Of a DNA stretch of 64,000 nt, positions 26,008 through 38,749 are shown in pieces. Source of the stretch: Leptogorgia sarmentosa (taxonomy: Eukaryota); NCBI GenBank assembly GCA_964658305.1, contig OZ210885.1, forward strand, positions 10,726,001-10,790,000. The letters run 5' to 3'. A program made the position numbers and the translations under genes. The notes below the pieces were generated by a model. The model was not told the origin of the DNA and made no database searches. It saw nothing but the letters and a program-made list of their open reading frames with translations. The stretch's first letter is position 1. The number at the start of each line of letters is the position of its first letter.

Positions 26008-27615
26008 GCTATTGATATGAAATACTCTATGCTCAAGCCCGTTAGAGTTGAGGCCGGATTGGGAGACCCACCACCTGAGTATACGAACAATGATCCTGAG
26101 TCAGCCAACTTTATCATAAAGCACGGCCTTCACTTTAGCGCCAGTAGACCACACGAATTCATCGGAAAAATAAAGAATATCATTAAAACTCAGCAGCGAA
26201 ACGAGGAACGTGCAGTATTTGGAATGGGCCCATATCGAGTGCGCAAAGAATTCACGCACCTTACCGTTGATGACACACAAAGAAGCCGGTTGAATCATGC
26301 CCAGCTCAGTAAGAAGTTGCTTGATTTCAAAAAGGCAGGAATGAATGACATGAAAGAGATCCTCTCCACCCAAGTCGAACCCGGAGAAGTGCCACCAGCG
26401 CGTATTGGTATAACTGCGGAAGAAAGTGGCATAAAATCCATTCCATTGGCGATACTCGAGTCCATGTTTCAACGAGCTTCAAACCTCCTGAGTGTTCCAG
26501 GAAATGTCATTCAAAAACCTGGAGCAGTTGATGGATCGTTTATTGTTGCTGGAACGTGCAACAAAGTACATAGTGTTCAGCCTGGAAAAGGCGGTTCACT
26601 ATCGTGCGATCGCCTTTGTACAAACTTCTCCTCAAAGATATGCGAACACGTTTTGGCCGTAGCTCAAGTGAAAGGCATGTTAAAAGAATTTCTTGCATGG
26701 TTTAAAGGGAGAAAAAAGAGAGTAATGCTGATGGACATGGTGGAACAAGGTGGCCCTAAGAATGCCGGAAAGAAACCATCATCAAGAAAGCGGACGAATT
26801 CCAAACGGAAGCCAATCGAGCAATACGTCGATCTCTTTGATGCAGCGCTGCCTCAACCAGCAGCAGATTCGCCAATGACCACATTTCAGAATGCACCTGA
26901 AATGCAGCCGCCAACTTCATTCGCGTCGATGCCGACTTCACTTGGAAGTCCACGGGTGCCACACTGGTCCGATGGATTGCCTTCACAAATGTCTTCGTGT
27001 CGTTATCCCTCAATGGTGCGATTTCCCTCTATGTCGTCAGCTTCTGGAAGTACCCCGCACATGCCGCCGGTTAATTCACAAATGTCTTCATGTCCTTATC
27101 CTTCAACGGCGCGATTTCCCTCGACGCCATCATCCTCTGGAAGTACCCCGCACATGCCGCCGGTTAACCCACATGCTTCTCCATTTGGGTTTTCTCAACC
27201 ATTTGAATCCCCCGCCACTCCTTATATTAATCAAAGCAGTGGCTTGACAAACCAAGAGAACGGCTTGCCAGCAATTGCTAGCTTTCAGTTGAAGTGGGTG
27301 CAGGGAACCACGGTGAAGAAATGCTACGGATGTGGCGGCGATATCCAAAATCCACCTGTCCAGCGGCCGGATGACCTCATTGTCGTTTGCCGAGATTTCC
27401 GTCAATACAGAGACAGAGTAACGGGACAACTTGCAAAAAGTCCTGCTCCTCAAAATGTACATTTCCACCTTCGACGCCAATGCATTGTGACACGATATCC
27501 GAGGTTTCATTCTGGTCTCCTGGTGATAAGTAGGGAATTTCAAGCATCGCTGCACCAAGATCACAGAAATAGTTTGGTTGAAAATTTTGGATACAACAAC
27601 CTGTATACGGTATAA
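26008..27615 (+). CDS. Exon 11: catalytic Glu, SWIM zinc finger, basic patch, Pro/Ser-rich region, C-terminal CxxC...H...C zinc finger
   Basis: YTNNDPESAN; CDRLCTNFSSKICEH; GKKPSSRKRTNSKRK; KCYGC...HFHLRRQC; stop TAA at 27615. Confidence 0.85.
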   Translation, partial: AIDMKYSMLKPVRVEAGLGDPPPEYTNNDPESANFIIKHGLHFSASRPHEFIGKIKNIIKTQQRNEERAVFGMGPYRVRKEFTHLTVDDTQRSRLNHAQLSKKLLDFKKAGMNDMKEILSTQVEPGEVPPARIGITAEESGIKSIPLAILESMFQRASNLLSVPGNVIQKPGAVDGSFIVAGTCNKVHSVQPGKGGSLSCDRLCTNFSSKICEHVLAVAQVKGMLKEFLAWFKGRKKRVMLMDMVEQGGPKNAGKKPSSRKRTNSKRKPIEQYVDLFDAALPQPAADSPMTTFQNAPEMQPPTSFASMPTSLGSPRVPHWSDGLPSQMSSCRYPSMVRFPSMSSASGSTPHMPPVNSQMSSCPYPSTARFPSTPSSSGSTPHMPPVNPHASPFGFSQPFESPATPYINQSSGLTNQENGLPAIASFQLKWVQGTTVKKCYGCGGDIQNPPVQRPDDLIVVCRDFRQYRDRVTGQLAKSPAPQNVHFHLRRQCIVTRYPRFHSGLLVISREFQASLHQDHRNSLVENFGYNNLYTV

Positions 27616-27666
27616 GGGGTAGACCCAAATGACTGCATTTGCTGGAGTGTAAAATTTAGGCTCCAG

Positions 27667-27872
27667 GGGCCGGTTGTTCGTAGCCCGTTGAGTTTAAACG
27701 GTGGATAAGTCTACCTGAACGTAAATTTTACACACTGAATATGCAGTTGTATACATAGGTGTTCCTTTCAGGTTGAACGATTTTATTTTGATCGTTCAAT
27801 GAACACATAGTCTTGTTTGATATTCTGGACTTATCAGCCGTTTAAGCTAAACGGGCTACGAACAACCGGCCC
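27667..27872. mobile_element. PIF/Harbinger-like MITE nested in the Mutator element
   Basis: TIR GGGCCGGTTGTTCGTAGCCCGTT / AACGGGCTACGAACAACCGGCCC; 3-bp TSD CAG. Confidence 0.8.
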
Positions 27873-29661
27873 CAGTCAAAGTTTATTGTACCTACAGGCG
27901 GGAGCATAACCATTTTCAAATGTAAAGAAAGTACCTACCCCGCTTCGGTTGGAGACACTCACTCAAAAAAGGTTTGTGCCCCGTCACGCGTGCACTTGGA
28001 AAATGCTATCTACGGTATTCCCACCTCTAAAATAGCAATCTACCACCTCTATGGTGCTTCCGGGAAATTATCTGCCCCGTCCCCTTTTGCTCCTACTCTG
28101 TACAAAAATTTTTTTGCATGGTTCCCTATTTCACAACTGTTGGTATGTTCTAAGAGTTTTGTTTTGTTATGTTTAATTGTTTAGTTTACTGTAGATTACC
28201 AATCGTGCCGGTAGAAGACAAGTAATATTTGAACAAACTTTCGGGTATTACAGCCCTAAAATTAAAGATAACATTTTATTCATCAACCACTGTTGAACTA
28301 CGGTTGAATTTTTATATTGGTCATTTTGCCAAAGATGAATACATTTAAATGCTATCCGTCGGTGTTACACTGCGCATATCAATTTATAGCTTTATTCAGC
28401 GGTAAATTTAAGCGTTTCACGGTTCACGATAACTAAATTCATCTATATCGTATAAAAAGACATGACAGAATTTCACTAGTGTGAGTAGTCTCATGAAAGA
28501 TAAATTACAGCCTACATGCATAAGTTATATTGTATAGGCTATCATGACAGCACAGTTCAGACCAAGTTCTTTCGCGGAAAAACATGCAAAGTCATCATGG
28601 ATATTGATTTAAGGGTTCGACTGCGCCCTGCTGTTGATTCATGGCAGTTTATTCTTTGCGTAGGTTTGAAAGTACTACCTTATTACGCTGCGTTTTCCTT
28701 TCTCTCCTCTCTCTCTCAGAAAGCAGATTCCGTTGCACCCCAATATAAGTGATTACAGCGTTCCGCGCGCACAACCTTAACACGCATATAGCTGTCTAAA
28801 GCTTGCGCCCGTTTTAGCTCCTTTATACTTTAATTAATTAATTATTTTCGAACTAATCTTTGAGCAAGTCTGCTAGGGATTGTCTCCCTTTGGCCTGGCC
28901 TTTGTTTCGCTCAACAACAGACAAAATCACAATCACGTTGATTTTACAAAAATTCAACGAAGGTCACAGGTCACGATGACACTAGATACGTTATACCAAC
29001 TGTGGTTATACTTCACTGTATTACAATCGTAAACAGAGGTTCTGCTGCTTGTTCTGTTGATTACTGTACTAACGTGTCTATCTAAAATATACAGGCTATA
29101 TTTATAGTAAGATAACAGAAACGTATATTGCGGATATAATGACCAAGTTCTTTTGCGGCAAAACATGCGAAGTCATCATGGATATTGTTGCGATTTAACT
29201 AAGGGTTCGACTGCGCCTTGCTGTTGATTCATGCCAGTTTATTCTTTGCGTAGGTTTGAAAATACTACCTTATTACGCTGCGTTTTCCTTTCTCTTCTAT
29301 CTCTCTGACTATGTGAGTATATGTTAGAGACTTAGAGTCATATATGATTCATAGTATTATCGTTTGTATGGCTCATCCGGCAAGTCTGACAGATTTTTAT
29401 TGCAGTGTATAAAATATCATAGAGCACGAAAACCGGATAAATTAGAAGTTTTAGCTGTAGTGCACTCGTACATAAATGAAAGAAAATTACTCCTAAGTGC
29501 TTGTCTTGGTTTCGTTGCGAACGTTGCGAAAATGTTTCAATATTTTACCTATCTGTATCTGCATGGTAGATTGCATAACAAGTTTAGTCAAAAGTGCATT
29601 TTACATTATTTTTACATGAGAGACTGTGTTACAGTAAACATGCTCATTTTGCCGTAAAACC

Positions 29662-30075
29662 TCGTTCCGGGTTTTACAGATTCCGGCTTTTCATGTTCCG
29701 GGTTTTACAGATTCCGGCTTTTTATGTTCCGGGTTTTACAGATTCCGGCTTTTTATGTTCCGGGTTTTACAGATTCCGGCTTTTCATGTTCCGGGTTTTA
29801 CAGATTCCGGCTTTTCATGTTCCGGGTTTTACAGATTCCGGCTTTTCATGTTCCGGGTTTTACAGATTCCGGCTTTTTATGTTCCGGGTTTTACAGATTC
29901 CGGCTTTTTATGTTCCGGGTTTTACAGATTCCGGCTTTTTATGTTCCGGGTTTTACAGATTCCGGCTTTTCATGTTCCGGGTTTTACAGATTCCGGCTTT
30001 TCATGTTCCGGGTTTTACAGATTCCGGCTTTTCATGTTCCGGGTTTTACAGATTCCGGCTTTTCTCGTTCCGGGT
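29662..30075 (+). repeat. Right subterminal 31-bp tandem array (about 13 units), inverted relative to the left array
   Basis: Unit TTTT(T/C)ATGTTCCGGGTTTTACAGATTCCGGC. Confidence 0.95.
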
Positions 30076-30688
30076 TTTCCCGTTCCTCGTTCCGTTCCTC
30101 GTTCCGTTCCCCGATTCCCCGTTCCGGGTTTTACAGATAGCCGATTTACGCCTGCGTAGTGCATATATTTATTTATCAAATTTAAAGTAATTTCTCAGTA
30201 ATTTCAATTCATCATTCGAACAAACGTCACTATAAAATAAAATCTAATTTTCTAAAATTTTATACACTCGCGGGTGTCTTAGCACACAGCCCACTTCGTT
30301 CCTTCTTGAGATGGTTACTTCGAAACCGTATAAATATAGCATGCTGCTCAAGTTCAGTGACCTGGTCTGGCAGAAACATTATCTGTATGTACATTTACTA
30401 TAACCCTGTGTATAGTAAATCTATGAATCTATAAATCAGACCTTTCAGTGATTTCCACGAACAAAGGCAACTGATACTTGTAGGTGAACAGCAGATATCT
30501 CACATCATAACAGTGAGAATATTTCAGCGCATATTATGAAATTTCACACTAATAATCAGCCATTATATCAGTGCATTATGTAGGAGCGATATGTAAAAAT
30601 TATGTTAGGTTAACCTTTTCAGTTTAAAACCTACTAGACCTACTATATATTGCTGCAAATACTTACAAATCATTCTGAGTCATGTCTC

Positions 30689-33540
30689 CTAACTACAGCG
30701 CGCAACTTAAACTTCACCTGATATGCCAGAATATGATTTTTAATTTCTGCACATTCACTGCGGATCAGTATAGATAGTATCGTGCAAAATATAACGCGAA
30801 ACCTGCTCAGCATAAGCAATTTTGCGTGCCATTCTTGATCGGTAATCCCATCGATTTGTAAGCGTGGATTATACAGTCTTCCTATATTCTTGTTAGCATA
30901 TTATAACCCAGCCAAAAATTGAGGAAGCTACAGCCCACTCTGAGCCATGGGCTCTGCTGCGCTTGTAGAAAATAGTTCGAGTTTCTCGTATGATATTTTT
31001 AAAGAGTCTGTATTCTACTCTACATTGCAAAGGCATAGGAAAATATCCGCGAGTACACGCAGTCTGCATTCCGCAGTAATCGCATTGGCCGAGTCAAGCT
31101 AGGAATGTTACATTTCGATCGAAATATTTTTAATACAGCAAATATCGTTTTGTGTCATAACGTACAGTCTTTACCGTGTAAAATTTCGAAACATAAAAGC
31201 GTAAAGATTTTTGTTCCATAACAATGATCTTCTATGAATTTAATTGAGATGAAGAACGCGTGGTGAACCCATGAGTAAACACACTAAATTGCAATCCATC
31301 TTGATACTGTAGGTCCTATTCAATTATTATTCACATTTTCTGATGCCCTACAATTTTATTTGTAAAATGGAAACCACTTTCTTGTTTACTCATCCTAACT
31401 TAATGTGAAACAAATTTCATACGCAGATCTTGATCGACGTGTTTTTCAAGTTAAAATCCTCACTACAATATCACTTGAGTGGCAAGCTAAAACATTACAT
31501 CTGTCAAATACGCGTTTTTGCGCACAATAGCTAATCTCAATGGCTTTGAAGGTCAAGTATGCTTGATATTATTGTAGCTACGATCTTTTCAGTGATGTGA
31601 GATGAAGCAAAACAGAAAAACGATGTAATAAATGTTTTGGCGATTGTAATAAATGTAGTGGTGTCCAAAAGAATGAAGCCGTAGTTGTTATGGAAAATTC
31701 GCATTGGGAACATTTCTTTGAAGCCGCGACACATATGAAAGGAAATAATGATATTTGATACGAATTGTGTTCATAATGTGCTAGACTGACACAGCTAGCT
31801 AGCAACCGAAATGTTTTCAATTGCATGAAGCGCATAAAACGTCTTTAAGGCAACGTGAATGCTCACTCCAATAGCTGCACTTAGGGATGGAAAATAACCA
31901 CTCATTCAATGTCGTCTCTATCAATCACGTTATTCATTTATAAGTGGAACTGCTAAATCTTCTAGTCCGACTAAGCCTACCTCGACGTCCGTAAGTCCAT
32001 AAAGTTCCGCATTTTTGTATGGCAGCTGATTAAACCCTGATTTACGTCTGCGTTGTGCATATTATATAAATTTATCAAATTTAAAGTCATTTCTCAGTGA
32101 TTCCAATTCATCATTCGAACCAACTTACAATTTACACATTAAATACTCTCGCGGGTGTCTTAGCACACAGCCCACTTCGTTCCTTCTTGAGATGGTAACT
32201 TCGAAATAGTAAAAATATAGTATGCTGCTCAAGTTCAGTGACCTGGTCTGGCAGAAACATTATCTGTATGTACATTTACTATAAATCTGTGTATAGTAAA
32301 TCTATGAATCTATAAATCAGGATCAAGACCTTGCGGTGCCGGATTTACACGAACAAAGGCAACTGATACTTGTTGGTGAATCAGCAGATATCTCACATCA
32401 TAACAGTGAGAATATTTCAGCGCATATTATGAAATTTCACACTAATAATCAGTCATTATATCAGTGCATTACATAGGAGCGATATCTAAAAATTATGTTA
32501 GGTTAACCTTTTCAGTTTTAAAACCTAAAATATTTTTGCAAATACTTCCAAATCATTCTGAGTCATGTCTCGTATTGCATATTTCAATAAATATGAGTAG
32601 ACCTTGTCTGTGCTTTTGCCTTGTCTTATGGTTATGCAAGCTATAACAATAACATGTGTAGGTATAGCATTATATAACACACTGAAACGGGAAAATATTC
32701 AATTCGAATCCATACATTTATCCATCTTAAAACAATTCATGTTTCTCGTATTGTATAGCATATTTGAAGATCATTTTGCACCACATTCCAAAGGCATTTG
32801 CGAGTGTACACAGTCTGCATTCCACAATAATCGCGTTGGCTAATTGACACTAGAAATATTATGTTTCTTACCTTTAATTTGAGTATGTCTATCGAAACAT
32901 TTTGAATAAATCTTTTCTTGTGCTATATCGTACGGTCTTTACGTTCAAAGTACTAAACATAAAAGTGTAAAGACTTCGGATCCCAAATAGATAATCTTCT
33001 TTCAGTTTCAAAACGAAAGCGGAAATAAATCATTAGGCTGCACGTATGCCAAGAGCAATGCGAGAAAATATTGAAACCTGACACGTTAAAAATACATGGC
33101 ATGTTGCTTGGGAAACAAATAAAACTTCAATCAAGAGTATCGAAAGGGGGTTAACATACGCAGTTTAATTTCCTTACAGTTGACTATGGCCTCTTTCTAC
33201 TACGTACGACTTGTGTTAATTATAAATTGCATTGGACATCGTTTTGCCTGCCTGTTAAAATTTAATTGGTGTAACTGTAAAATTATGACTTAAAAAACAT
33301 TTAAAATTAGTAATATATACCATATAGTGTCATAGATTAACTCGGAATTAAAATAGGCGCGGGAATGTAGCTATAAAATAGTAAACCAGAATATATCGCC
33401 GATCTCCCAAAGCCTCTCGTGAATACCTCTGGGTTACATTAGTGCATGATGGAAATGTTTATTGGTACTGAAGCAGATAACCTTGATTGTCAATGCTTGA
33501 ACTCATTAACTCCAATCCATGTACTTTATTATTTTACTCT
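30689..33540 (+). repeat. Copy B of the local segmental duplication
   Basis: Matches 13406-16740 except that it lacks the hAT MITE. Confidence 0.85.
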
Positions 33541-36500
33541 GATGTCAGATGATATTACGTACTGACATAAGGGAAAGCGATGCTTATCAAATGACTTACC
33601 CTGTTACCCATTCAATTGAAAATACACCTTGATGATTGATCAGTACTACTTTAACTTTGGACACATTGTAATGCCAGACAATTCATATTTCCCTTGACAA
33701 GCGAAAACCACAGCTGTGTTTTTTCCCATACCAAGACTCGATTTAGTTTCAAAACGAAAGCGGAAATAAATCATTAGGCCGTATACGAAAAATCTTGCTG
33801 ACGTGCTTCTTGTTGCTGCCTTCCCGGAATTTGGATATCAGTCATTCCTTGAGATATGCCGTATAATATGGAAAGGAACATCGAGCCATGGCAAAAGACT
33901 TGAAAGAAAAGCCCAGATTCGAAGTATCATACATTAAATGTCGGTACGGTATTTAAGTTCAAGATCGAATGGCTCTTCTGAGTCAGGTATATGCATTATA
34001 ATAATAATTATGATTTTTTCCTCATTATAATGATTTTTTCCTCAATATTTTTCTGACACAATGGTCAGGGTTAGGATTCTAGGGTTTGGGTTGGGATTAA
34101 GGAAATTCTTAGTATATAGAAAAATGGTTTATATCTAACACTAATATAACTATATCAAGAGTAATACTGAAACGTCGACCAGCAATCTTAGACGATAGTC
34201 CAGCGTGGGCATTACCCGTGTTCTCAATTGAGAAATATTGGGTACTACCCGTTGAGGTCTTTGTTCAACGGCTGTCAGGCAATTCCTGTAGTAGGTACCT
34301 TCAGAGGAGTATGACTGGTGAACAAGACAAGGAGTTACAATTAGTTGTATCACTGAACACATTTGTAACAGACCAGGGCACTTAGGGCATTGTGAAGATA
34401 GGTAGCTACGGATCCATTGGGGTGACAAGGGTCATATGTGATGATTTCATTACTTTAATAAACTGCAACATTTTACATATATCGATGTTAAAATCGGTGA
34501 AACAAAAATCTCAGCGACATTGTTCAACTTGTCAACAACACACGAGGCATAAAAATAGATACGTCAAAAGTTAGAACTAGAATGCATTACGCAATATCAA
34601 TTCAACACGTCTTGATTTACCATTCCGTGGTCATCGTGAAGATGCTAAATACCATCCGGAGGCTGGCAGTTACTCTACGGGGGGGGGGGGGGGGGGGGGG
34701 TGGCAATTTTACAGAATCTCTTAATTTTAGATTTCGGGCTGGGGACAAAGTTTTGGAGAACCATCTGAAAAATTATGGCAAAAATTAGAGTTAATATCTA
34801 AGACTAGCCAAAATAAAACTGTTTTAGGTGCTGTGGTCAAGCGATCAGTGAGCAGATCATTAAAGACATTAAGGCGAGTCCTGGCGCCTCAAAACGAGCA
34901 GCTTTGGCCTTTGCAAAAGGGCTGTCCATGTCAGTGTAGGCTGCTACACTGTATATTACAATACGTAATTAGTCTGACTTCGTATTACCATATCACGGGG
35001 AAAAATATCTCCCAAGCTTTTCAAATACTGCTGCGATCGTATGAACCGTTGTATCCGAGAATAAAGACAATATTACAGCAAATCCGTGAAACATGCACGA
35101 AGACTTGAATGCCATCTTTACCAGAATTTTCGTGTTTGGATTTTGGGAGTTTCATTATTTTTTCTGGCTTATCGTCCGTCCTGAACAGTCATAAGACGCC
35201 GATTCATTCCTGCCTCTGCTTACACATAATTATTTAACAGTTGAACAGCGAACGCAACCAGGAAGAAAATACCGCGATTCTAACAATAAACGTATCAGGA
35301 ATTATATTTATATCTATTACATTCAAATTTGATAAGGATTCCAACAAAAAACGTATTAATAATTGTATCTTTACATCAACACAAACGCAAATTAACTGTA
35401 ATGACTTTATATATACTTCGGCTATATGTCGGTGGATTGAAATTGCTTAATTGCCGTTGCTTTGGGAATCAGCACATAGTTGAACCGCTCGCCACCAACC
35501 AATCGCGGTATCTTGCGCACGATTCAATAAAAAAGTTGCTTTTATTTCTTTTTCAAATTGACTCTAGCTCTGCTCCCTTTCTTATCTCAATGTAGAAATG
35601 TGATCGCTTCACCTGTTGATATTGACTGTCAAACAAGAATACTTGGTCAGACAAATTTGAATTTCAATGTGAATTGAGGCTTGTGAAATGCTAAGGTGAG
35701 TTAAATCAGTGCGTTTCATCTGAAATAAGTAAAACTGTTAAATATAATGGTTTAAGGAGGGTCGCTATGTGCCTGTAATGGATTGCATGCCAATATTGCA
35801 TTTTAGCTGGTAAAGCTGGGACTTGGCAATATCAGTGTTAAACAGTGTTTCGACAAAAAAATTTGTTGTCGCATTCTGGCGCGTATATAAAAAATTGTGT
35901 CTGAATAATTATATAGCAGTTGGAAAACTACTGACTGATTTTGTGTCGTCTTATCATTAGTTCTTTTCACTGTAGTTGCTTGATAGCAATGCATGGTAAT
36001 ACAACATTTTAAAGTAATAAATTCCTCTGTACGTCATGGATTATATGCTCTAATATAATATAGTATATTGCTAGGACTCGCTGAAATATAATCAACCATC
36101 TGTAGGGAAACTGATTGAAAGTGTCATTTTCATTTTAGTTGTCTTTCAAGCCAGGAAATGATAACAACAGACGGAGCAGTTACTTCCAAGTGTCAACATA
36201 TGACTGGTCATTCGATGATGGTCCGTTTGGCGAGATTGTTGGCATAAGTGATGCAAAGGAATGGGTAAAAAATGCAATGAGATCTTGCACCACATTCGTG
36301 AAAAGACCCAGGATGAATCGATTTATCCAAGACACCCTTGTTGGTTTGCCCAAAACTGACCACTGGCAAGGTTGCCTAAAAAGTAGGGTGGTGTGTTCCA
36401 ACTATAATAATTGTTAAAGTTTATTTCAAACAAAACCATTCTTGGCTTTGTGTTCCAACTTCAAACTATGCCTGGTGACAGCTACCTACAATCTTGCTTG

Positions 36501-37420
36501 GGGGGGGGGGGGGGGTTACATCATTTTTATCCAAGATTGTCTTAAGACTCAGATTTAATTTCTCTTACCATCAATTCATATAAATCAAATGTACATTATT
36601 CTCAAGCACTTAGTAGTGATAATAACACATTATTATTTTATATTATGATTATGTATAACAACATATCATCAATGAATAAGCATTGTTATCGAAAAAAGAG
36701 ACAATTAAAGACTGAAGTGAAGTACTGATTTAGTTGCTATAAATAACTTAAATTGGAAGAATATGTGGTATATTACACTGTAGGTGTATTATCTATGCAT
36801 CAGTATTCTTACTGTATAAATCAAATTTTTGTCAACTAAAAAATAGCGTTATGGAGAGTATTGTTTGATATTACTGTAGGGGTTGCTACAACAATTCTAG
36901 CATGTTTTAAATATGATAAATATCTACGTCAAAAGACTTATTTATCACTGATAAATGTGTTATTATATTGTTAACCTATTGCATAATATATGCATGCAGC
37001 TTAAAGACTAATAAAAGTCGAAGAACAAAGAAAAATTTAATTGCCAGTGTAACTTACATGTTATAATTAAACCAATAACATAAAGCCATGTTACTAGTTT
37101 AAATCTTGCATGAAGGTCAATTACCCAAATTCGTATATTATTTTTGTTTTTCTTCCTTTTTTACATGTTATATTAGAAAATAACCCTAAAAATCATTTCT
37201 AATTTTTCATATAATAGCAAGATTATTAGTATTAAGGTCGTTGTTCAAAACGTTTATCAGTGGAAAAGGCATTACCCTATACTGAGCACATTGGATGGGG
37301 CATACTTTAATACAAATTGATATAGATGAATGTGTTGTGTGAATTGTCATATTTACGTTTCAATTGCAACTCGTGAAAAAATTTGGGTTCGTAACACAGA
37401 CACGATCTCCAAATTGTAAC

Positions 37421-37492
37421 TCCCATGTGGTCTAGTGGTTAGGATCTGGCGTTTTCACCGCCATGGCCCGGGTTCGATTCCCGGCGTGGGAA
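37421..37492 (+). tRNA. tRNA-Glu (TTC)
   Basis: TCCCATGTGGTCTAGTGGTTAGGA...GGTTCGATTCCCGGCGTGGGAA; anticodon loop TTTTCAC; poly-T terminator. Confidence 0.9.
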
Positions 37493-37963
37493 TTTTTTCT
37501 GAAAATTTCTATTTGGAACAGTTTGTTTTCACATATTCGAACTCGCCCAAGACAGGGATTAGATTCCCGGCTAACGCAGAATATTTTCGTTCTGATGAGT
37601 TTTAATTTCAATTGCAACACCAGAAAAAACGCAGCTTTGTAACACAGACATAATATACTGTAATAATTTTATCCATACCAGAGGATGGTAAAATTAATAT
37701 TTTCTGATATCAACCTCTTTTAGCTAAAACTATTTGATTGCCACAAACTCTTTTGATCGTGGACAGAGTTTTTGCATTGCTTTTTAAATTCTTGACTTTT
37801 ACTCGTCATAATTTCCCATTAGTAATTAATTTTACAATCTCCCCTTCGCATTAATTTTCTTCTTGGATCAATTTGTTTCAATTAACTCTGAATTAAAAAA
37901 AGGAAGGCGGAAGAGAAAGGTAATAAAATTCGCAGCATTTTAAAAACATTCAAATGTCAAAAT

Positions 37964-38022
37964 AGGCTCTGGCGAGACTTGAACTCGGAAGTCCAAAGTG
38001 CTAACCATTACACAACAGAACC
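37964..38022 (-). pseudogene. tRNA-Gln pseudogene (anticodon/variable region deleted)
   Basis: GGTTCTGTTGTGTAATGGTTAGCACTTTGGACTT-CCGAGTTCAAGTCTCG. Confidence 0.7.
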
Positions 38023-38141
38023 TTAACACGATCTTGACAATGTTTCCCAATTGTTTAACGTTTCTTCCTTTTTTTCGTAGCAAAAGGCACACTCTTCATT
38101 GGACGTGGTTATTTTCTAAACACGAATCTAAACACGCTAAG

Positions 38142-38223
38142 GGTAGCGTGGCTGAGTGGTCTAAGGCGCTGGTTTAAGGCACCAGTCATTTCGATGACGT
38201 GGGTTCGAATCCCACCGCTGCCA
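38142..38223 (+). tRNA. tRNA-Leu (AAG)
   Basis: 82 nt, long variable arm, loop TTAAGGC, GGTTCGAATCC. Confidence 0.92.
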
Positions 38224-38344
38224 AATTTTCGTTGTTCATGGACGTTGCGATTGATTTAGCAACTGTAAACTCACGAGTGTGTTTTGTTAAATAGTAATAT
38301 CCATTATTTTTGTTTTTCTTTTCGGAAGGTTTTCAATAGTGTCA

Positions 38345-38418
38345 GTCTCTGTGGCGCAGTCGGTTAGCGCCTTGGGCTGTTGACCGAAAGGTTGTTGGTT
38401 CGAGTCCAACCAGGGACG
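38345..38418 (+). tRNA. tRNA-Asn (GTT), divergent copy
   Basis: GTCTCTGTGGCGCAGTCGG...CTGTTGA...GGTTCGAGTCC; stem mismatches. Confidence 0.75.
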
Positions 38419-38534
38419 TGTTTGGTGTGTTCAGACGTCGTGACGGTAAATGTAACCGAAATTTTTACACGGGGTTTTCTAAGAATTTATGGAATCTTTC
38501 AAAAAAGAGAACATCTTACTTGGTTAATTAACTA

Positions 38535-38606
38535 GGGCTTGCACGGGAATGGAACCCGTGACCTCTCGAACCCTAAGCGAGAATCATACCACTAGACCAG
38601 CAAGCC
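38535..38606 (-). tRNA. tRNA-Pro (AGG), divergent copy
   Basis: GGCTTGCTGGTCTAGTGG...TTAGGGT; T-loop mutated (GTTCCA). Confidence 0.75.
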
Positions 38607-38692
38607 ATTGATGTATCAAATTGTTTTCTAATGTACTTTGTACTGACGGAGAAAAATATGACATTAAGTAATATCTCAGCCGTTCCAAAGTC

Positions 38693-38737
38693 GCCGTGAT
38701 CGTATAGTGGTAAGTACTGATTGCGTTGTGGCCGCAA
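38693..38737 (+). pseudogene. 5' half of tRNA-His (GTG)
   Basis: GCCGTGATCGTATAGTGG...TTGCGTTGTGGCCGCAA, then truncated. Confidence 0.7.
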
Positions 38738-38749
38738 AATAATATCCAT

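Larger units (their letters stand above)
18820..27615 (+). pseudogene. 11-exon kinase / putative peptidase / CG-1-like / MULE transposase / SWIM / Zn-finger fusion gene (~1815 aa) with one in-frame stop
   Basis: Exons 18820-19603, 20483-21470, 21788-21867, 21977-22068, 22367-22422, 22682-22761, 22885-23036, 23505-23575, 23694-24142, 24484-25571, 26008-27615. All are GT-AG and phase-matched, totalling 5448 nt. TAG at 20692-20694. Confidence 0.8.
17172..30142 (+). mobile_element. ~13-kb Mutator/MULE-superfamily DNA transposon with long tandem-repeat TIRs (Rehavkus/Foldback-like architecture)
   Basis: TSD GATTTACGC at 17163-17171 and 30143-30151; single-copy empty sites near 14777 and 32039; inverted ~1-kb ends; internal MULE DDE transposase. 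Confidence 0.92.

Noticed and set aside
24680..27628. Antisense ORFs opposite the transposase exons
   Set aside because: Shadows of the coding strand with no motifs.
34679..34700. Poly-G runs (also near 36500)
   Set aside because: Simple homopolymers with no supporting structure.
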